64,000 bases of DNA from Oculina patagonica (lineage: Eukaryota): contig NC_135767.1 in the NCBI RefSeq assembly GCF_052425735.1, positions 18,848,001 to 18,912,000 on the forward strand, given 5' to 3'. The notes under the pieces were generated by a model, which saw nothing but the letters and a program-made list of their open reading frames with translations, searched no databases and was not told where the DNA came from. The position numbers and the translations under genes are program-made. Positions 58,101 through 64,000 of this stretch are shown here, in pieces. How positions within the stretch are numbered: the stretch's first letter is position 1; each line of letters opens with the position of its first letter.

Positions 58101-61100
58101 ATGGGGTTCACTACAATGTTGGGACAATAACTCAACTTTAACAAGAAGCGGCCATTCCTTATGCCGGCACTATTTTTTTTTAAATGAAGCCTACAAAATA
58201 AAGCCAGATACGTCTGATTACTGTCATAGATTCAGTAGTGTGGCAGCTCTCGTAAGCTTGTAATTCTACTGGTCCTCTATTGTAGCAGTTGTTATTGTTT
58301 TGGGGGCTAGGGGCATTAATTGTTCCTGTTGTTTGTTCTATTGTTCTCTTGAAAGGTAGCGAGCCACTCATGTGAGACATTGCGAAAGATGCTACCCGAG
58401 TCCATAGATTCACGCAAAATGACTACAGAATCAATCGGCGTGTGCATGATGTGATCAAATTGTAATCATTTCTTTTTGTAGACTGAGAGGCGTTTGTTGT
58501 CTAATGGTTAGTATGCTGGACTCCGGATCGAGTGGTCCGGGTTCAAGCCCTGGCCTGGGTCGTTGTGTTTTGTTCTTGGGCAAGACTCTTTACCCTCATA
58601 GTGCCTCTCTTCACCTAGGTATATTAATGAGTACCGGCGAATTTTATGCTGGGGGTACCAGGCAATGGACTAATATCCCATCTAGAAGAAGTAGAAATAC
58701 TCCCGCTAGTCGCTTCACGCTACTAAAACCGGGATAAGCTCTGGCCTGATGAGACACTTGGCTCGTAGTCAGACTTTACCTTTTCACCCTTTTGTAGACT
58801 GGTGCTGAACATCCTTCCCACTGGCTTGGTCGGTCTGATGATGGCCGTTATGATGGCAGCGGTCATGTCCTCACTGAGCTCCGCATTTAACAGCAGTGCC
58901 ACTATCTTTACTGTTGATGTATGGCTGCGACTCAGACCTCAGGTAAAGATATCAGCTTTTATTGACTGATAGACATCGAATAAGATAGGTATACCAGTCT
59001 TGTCGATTTCGTTCCCAGAGCCTGCGAACCCCTTGACCAGTGGTCTGGAAATGCGTTTTCCTCTGGTCAAGGAAGACGCGGGCTTTGGAAACAAGACTGC
59101 GGTCTTGTGTGAATATGGCATAGCTATAACATTTTTGTTTGACTGAAGTCCATCGACTCGTGTCCAGATATCAGTTTTATTTGACTGATAGGTATCAAGT
59201 AAAGTGCATATGCCAATTTTGTCTTGAACAGGCGGCTCGAGCTCATGAGAAGAATTCGTGAAAATAAAAGCCCTGTGGCCTCCAGTTGTTTAGATTCAAA
59301 ACTTTGATCACTGTTTGATGTTTAAGGAAATATCTGTTATAAACATTATTGCTTTATTTTTTCTTAAACAGGCCCGAGATCGAGAACGAATTATTGTTGG
59401 CCGACTGGTCGTGGCTCTTCTTGTTGGCATCAGTTTGTTGTGGCTGCCTGTCGTTAAAGGTGATCAGCACTGTTTAAAGCATATTAGACATTGTATAATT
59501 ACTCCAGTTTATTCTGGTTTATTGGATGATTGTTGGCTTAGCAGAAAAAAAAAAAACAATAAAATAATAATTTCCCTTGCAAGGGCAATGCAACGCTCGC
59601 GCTAGCTATCATGGTCCATCGTTGATTGTTAAAAAAAATTGAGCATTGGGATAATGTATTTCCAAAGTTTAGATTGGCTTAGCGGCCATAAGATATCAGC
59701 CGTTATTACACCATGCCCGACAAACATGGTCGACCAAAATCGTCTTAGAAAGATTTACAGATATTCTGCTCTTGTTTTTATTCCACTTGCTCTCGTTGGA
59801 TATGAGATGAAAGTAAATTATCATTTGATCAGCAATCCCAAAGTAGCGCATCAGGAGACATTATTTTTTCTTTGCATTCCTGCCGTTGGTCCAGTTTGCA
59901 AAGCGCGAGGTTTGTTTTGAGTTTCACCGGGCCGGGTCAAACGTCTCAGGCAACTTTTCTTTCTATTTCGGGGAATTTCGTTCATATTAAAGAGCACGTA
60001 TGAGCAAGGATAGATAAAATATTTGCTTATTGTAAATATATTTCCATTCCCTCGAATAAGCGAGTATTTTTACTTTTTAAACGTCAAAGTATTCGAACCG
60101 AATACTTTGACAAATGGCGCCGACAAGTCCGTATTTACCTGTTTTCAAACACGTAGAACATTTTTAGAAAAGCTCCAAAAAATTTAGTTAACCATCGAAG
60201 TTTGAACAGTGAAAATTAAAGCGTTATCTTTGAAGTACGTTTAATGTTTTTTACATATTTCTATCGTTTGACCGCGGTCGAGTTCTGAGTGTACAATGTT
60301 AATACGATCTGTTTGAAACCTATTTTCAGGTTTTGCCGGAAGCCAACTATTTGTCTACCTCCAGAATATCCAGTCATATCTGGCGCCTTCAATCTCGTCA
60401 ATGTTCCTTTTGGGAATCCTGTGGACTGGACTCACGGAACACGGAGCAGTAGCTGGACTTCTGGTCGGGTTTACTATGGGAATTATCAAGTTTATTGTCG
60501 AGAATGTGTACTCACCACCACATTGCGGCGAGGAGGATACACGCCCTGGATTTGCCAAGCTACATTTCATGTATTATTGTAAGCAGTTATTGAAACCATC
60601 AAATTATTTTGATAATAGGTTAATTACGTACTGTAGCCACTGGCGCGGGTGACCTCAAAAAGCGTTCATCCTATCCCATCACAAATAGGTACCACCAATA
60701 ACTGGCCCCTGCCCGAGCCCTCGGGTATTATGGGTAGTTTGTTTTCTCCCCAGGCTTCACTCGACTATTCAAAATGGCGGCTTGTCAAAAACGGGCAAGG
60801 GAAATAGAAGGGATGGTAAGAGGAACTGGTCAGGACTTCGAGTATTAATTGGACAAAATTATGTACCAAATTATTAACATCTTTTTGCAAACTTCTGTGT
60901 TACTGTTTCAAATATCTTATAAAAAAAATCATTTCTAACAACACCAAACATCGAAAACAAATTTCGAAGTTCAACTGAATTCCACTGAATCGCTTAAAAG
61001 GCGATTTTACAAAATTACTACCCGTAAGATTTTACCTATGGTTTAGATGGTTATAATTAATTTTTGTGAACTTTAAAATATTTTTCTTAGGCTCTAATTA

Positions 61101-62879
61101 GAAATTGTTGTTGGTGTTACATCTTTACCTTTTAAAAAGGGTAGAAAATAGAGCAATAGGATTTAAACTATTCTGGTACTCGATATTTGTCCAACTAAAA
61201 TTAATATTACTCGATTTCTAGACTGCAAAACAGTCGTTTTTTCTCTTAGTCGTTGGAAAAAGTGCTTATCGAAGGCGCGAAGCGCCGATCGTCTAGCGTC
61301 TCTCCCCAGTCTTACCCATAGTTTTGACATTGGCTCCAGACCTCTCGCTCTCGTTTCAACACCGAGCGCGTTCGCAAAAGATACGACTGTTTTGCAGTCT
61401 ACTCGATTTCCTGATGGATTCCGTCTTAAAACTACAGTTAAAACTTTACGAGTAACGGAAACGCAAAAAAGTAAACAATTAAAAAATGCGTTATTTTTTT
61501 TTCTGTATTTCAGCGAATATTCTGTTCACCATCAGTGTATTAACAATGGTAGTGGTTAGCTTTTTCACCAAGAGAATTCCACGAGACGAGCTCGGTAGCT
61601 TGACTTGGCCCACCATTAATGACCCTCCACTCTCACACGGAGCGATTGGCGAGAGCGTTGAGAAAGAAAACATTGAGAAAACTGAAAAGGGAGACATACA
61701 GATGAAGGGTAAGGAAAACATACCGGAAGTCTACAACATTGTTTATAGACTTCCACCCGTACTTTTGTAAGTAAGGTTTAGCGCTATGAATTGAGGTATT
61801 TACTAGAGAGATTAAGCATGACGTTATACACATGTTTATACGGTTAAAGGCAAACGCGAGCTTGCCTTCCATTTTTTTACCTTTTTTATCGAATTCTAAA
61901 ATTAATTTCTCATAAAAATAGGGAGGAAATCCCACATTCACGACAAGTACAAACACAACACTTCCCATTTCCGCGTAAGAAAGCCAAACGGTAAACGGCA
62001 GAAGTTGAAGTTTTGCCGTTCGCGGGTAAAATAAACGTCATGCTTAATCTCTCTAATAACTGTTATTATTATACGGGTAGCCCGGCGAGAAGAAAAAGAT
62101 TAATCAAACCCTACGCTTTGATCGGCAGCCCGAGGATGCAAGATGTTGCCCACTCGGGATTTCCCGTTATGTCCCGAAAGACAAATTGTGTTCTTTATTC
62201 CACATTAAGAACATAAATGCTGTATTGACTATTGTTCGTTCAAGAAGGCTCAATATCGGTCTCGTTTTTCTCTTTCACCAATGTACTCCGCCATTTTGGC
62301 TACATTTGGTCAATAACCTACATTTGTCGTTACCTTATTTGGTGCGTTATCGGAAGTAGTAAAGAGGTCAGTAGACCATCTTCGGGTCATCGGGTGATAT
62401 TCGACAATCTTCGGAACTTTCTTGATGATCGTCAGTTCCTCGGTGTTCTTCGTGCTCGTCCACGATATCAAGTGGACCCCTTAGGACTAGTCCGCAAAAA
62501 CGCTATGTTCTATCTGCCTCGTACCCGGGCGTCGCTCCTTAGTCGTTCGCGGTGCGCTTTGCGTTGTGGGATCGCTCCCTAACCATCTATCCCCGCGCTC
62601 CCTGTTTTCCCGCCTTCCCACCTTAACCGACTGGCGCCTAGGGACGAGGCAGATGTTCAATTTGTTTTTTTTTCATCGTTTGTAGGCGAAACTGAATCAA
62701 ACCTGCCTGATACTCCATCTGCATCTATGGCAGTGTTTCACCCTGAGGAGAAAACAGAGCGCATTTTCCTCCCTGTGGTTCAGTTCCCGGTTGAAGAGCC
62801 CTGGCTGAAATGGCTTTTGCGAATCATGACAGTTGTGTTGATGTTCGCGCTGATAGGACTGTGGATAAGATTCGCGTAG
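49136..62879 (+). CDS. SLC5 sodium/sugar cotransporter (SGLT/SMIT subfamily, myo-inositol-transporter-like), 14 exons, 675 aa
   Basis: Exons 49136-49228, 51178-51258, 51978-52082, 52221-52280, 54846-54950, 55339-55444, 56042-56122, 56676-56983, 57549-57766, 58798-58942, 59372-59459, 60330-60578, 61514-61708 and 62686-62879, all in frame. Motifs include [79 protein letters not shown] and a C-terminal TM ending in FA*. Confidence 0.93.
50461..51095 (+). mobile_element. Old CORE-like SINE split by a ~350-bp DNA element (50566-50914)
   Basis: The SINE 5' half ends TTCTTGGGCAAGACACTTT and resumes GACGCTTTACTCCCACAGTGCC, giving an 8-bp duplication around the insert. Confidence 0.65.
52336..54590. 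mobile_element. 2.25-kb non-autonomous TIR element (hAT-like) in SLC5 intron 4
   Basis: Perfect 25-bp TIRs CACCCCTCTGTAACAGACCTGGTGA, subterminal ACCAGG repeats and an imperfect 8-bp flank duplication (CCCTATAA/TCCTATAT). No transposase ORF. Confidence 0.8.
58486..58789 (+). mobile_element. tRNA-derived CORE-like SINE inserted at the SLC5 exon 10 acceptor
   Basis: Homologous to 22313-22606 and flanked by the 12-bp duplication TTTTGTAGACTG (58474-58485 / 58790-58801). Confidence 0.85.
61219..61401. mobile_element. Mutator-like MITE
   Basis: TIRs TAGACTGCAAAACAGTCGT and a perfect 9-bp duplication CTCGATTTC. Confidence 0.8.
61804..62055. mobile_element. MITE in SLC5 last intron
   Basis: Perfect 22-bp TIRs TAGAGAGATTAAGCATGACGTT. 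Confidence 0.75.
62514..62652. mobile_element. Mutator-like MITE 33 bp upstream of the last SLC5 exon
   Basis: TIRs CTGCCTCGT.CC..GGCG and a 9-bp duplication ATGTTCTAT/ATGTTCAAT. Confidence 0.7.
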
Positions 62880-63539
62880 AGGAAAAGAACTGGAAAAGAA
62901 GACTTTGCGAGGACATGCTACTTTATATCATTTTGGGTTTATACATTCTCGTTCCCAGTGCCTCCGTTTCTTTTGGTCACGTGGTCGGCGAAACTACGTC
63001 ATGTCATTTTAAAAAATACGCGTGGCCCTGGGGAAGAGGATGGGGTTTATACAGCTAGTTCGCTTTTTATAAGGATGAAAACTTTCAGTGAAGCTCATGT
63101 TGCACGTGAAGCATTTGTTTACTCAGTAATAATCATAGGCCGCAGGCCTCAGCCGCCTACAATATACCCAATAATGCTGTGAGCCTCAGTAATTATCGCT
63201 CCTTATCGCTCCTTATTCTCTCTATTACAATTATTGACCCTCCCAAAACCCTATTTTTCTCTTTCTGCATTACACCGACAATTTCACTCGCTTCCACACT
63301 GATGTTTTGGTTCATGGCTGCATTCGTCGATATATTGCAGGGAGAGAACAAAACTGATTTTAGAAGGGTCAGTAATTATTTGCATAAAATCATTAGAGCT
63401 GTATACCTTGTTGGTGAAATTGGCGGCAAATTAATCATGGTTCTGCGCTGCCTTTTTCCTTTTCCGCCACGACCGACTCCACACGCACCTGTGTCAGAAG
63501 CGAGGCCATACATGCAATCCAAGTTCCTGTTTGGATGCG

Positions 63540-64000
63540 ATCGGCTGTCCGGGTTCGAGCCCTGACCGGGGTTATTGTTGTGTTCTTGGGCAATACACTT
63601 ACCTGTCATACAGTAAACACCCGCGTGTAAGAACCTAGCGGTTTAAGAACCTGCTGGCAGAAATTTGCCATTTTAATACCCCAAAATATAAGAACCTGTT
63701 TAGCCAAGCAAATTTCAGCAGGTTCTTATATGTGGGTTATAGAAAATTTTTATGAACATTTTTAACAGAACATCCCAAACTGTATTTACAAATAAAGAAA
63801 AGACAGATTCACATAGACTGTAATTGTCTTCTTTGGACCTTGCATGAGGCTTGAAGCAATACAGTTATGAATAAATGCTGCATAATGAAGGACCAAACCC
63901 ATTTTTTTTCTTCTCGTACAATCAAAAACTATGGCTCCTGCTTAGAAATTAAGAACCTTATTAAGAACCTACTTAGCCTAAATTACCAATAACTACCCCC
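63540..64000 (+). mobile_element. SINE 5' fragment followed by the left end of a Tc1/pogo-like element running off the window
   Basis: B box GGTTCGAGCCC and GTTCTTGGGCAATACACTT, then TA-CAGTAAACACCCGCG with repeated TAAGAACCT motifs. Confidence 0.55.

Overview
Eukaryotic, AT-rich, intron-containing genomic DNA. It is most likely from a stony coral or other anthozoan; this is inferred from the gene families and repeat types. There are no prokaryotic features, and most short ORFs in the track are spurious or are exon fragments. Left to right: (1) 1-24.0 kb, a tandem + strand array of four paralogues plus a 3' relic of an uncharacterised secreted protein. The architecture is signal peptide, PAN/apple domain exon (291 nt), 16-31 nt linker microexon, then a terminal exon with a fibrinogen-like YCDxxxxGGGW module fused to a non-fibrinogen ~150 aa Cys-containing domain. 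One copy has an in-frame stop, one looks mosaic, and sequence differences concentrate in discrete loops. (2) 25.5-33.5 kb, a complete 9-exon IMP4 gene on the - strand, with a GC-AG intron and a 520-bp foldback element in intron 3. (3) 34.0-42.5 kb, two tandem two-exon rolling-stone-like membrane protein genes, the first head-to-head with IMP4. (4) 46.0-47.3 kb, an intronless 449-aa orphan ORF on the - strand with an RFX X-box upstream. (5) 49.1-62.9 kb, a complete 14-exon SLC5 sodium/sugar (myo-inositol-type) cotransporter with a mucin-like loop insert and a SINE whose target-site duplication copied a splice acceptor. Introns and intergenic DNA are dense in MITEs, SINEs and LINE/Crypton relics. 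All exon models were built by hand from GT/AG sites and reading-frame continuity; no database search was run.
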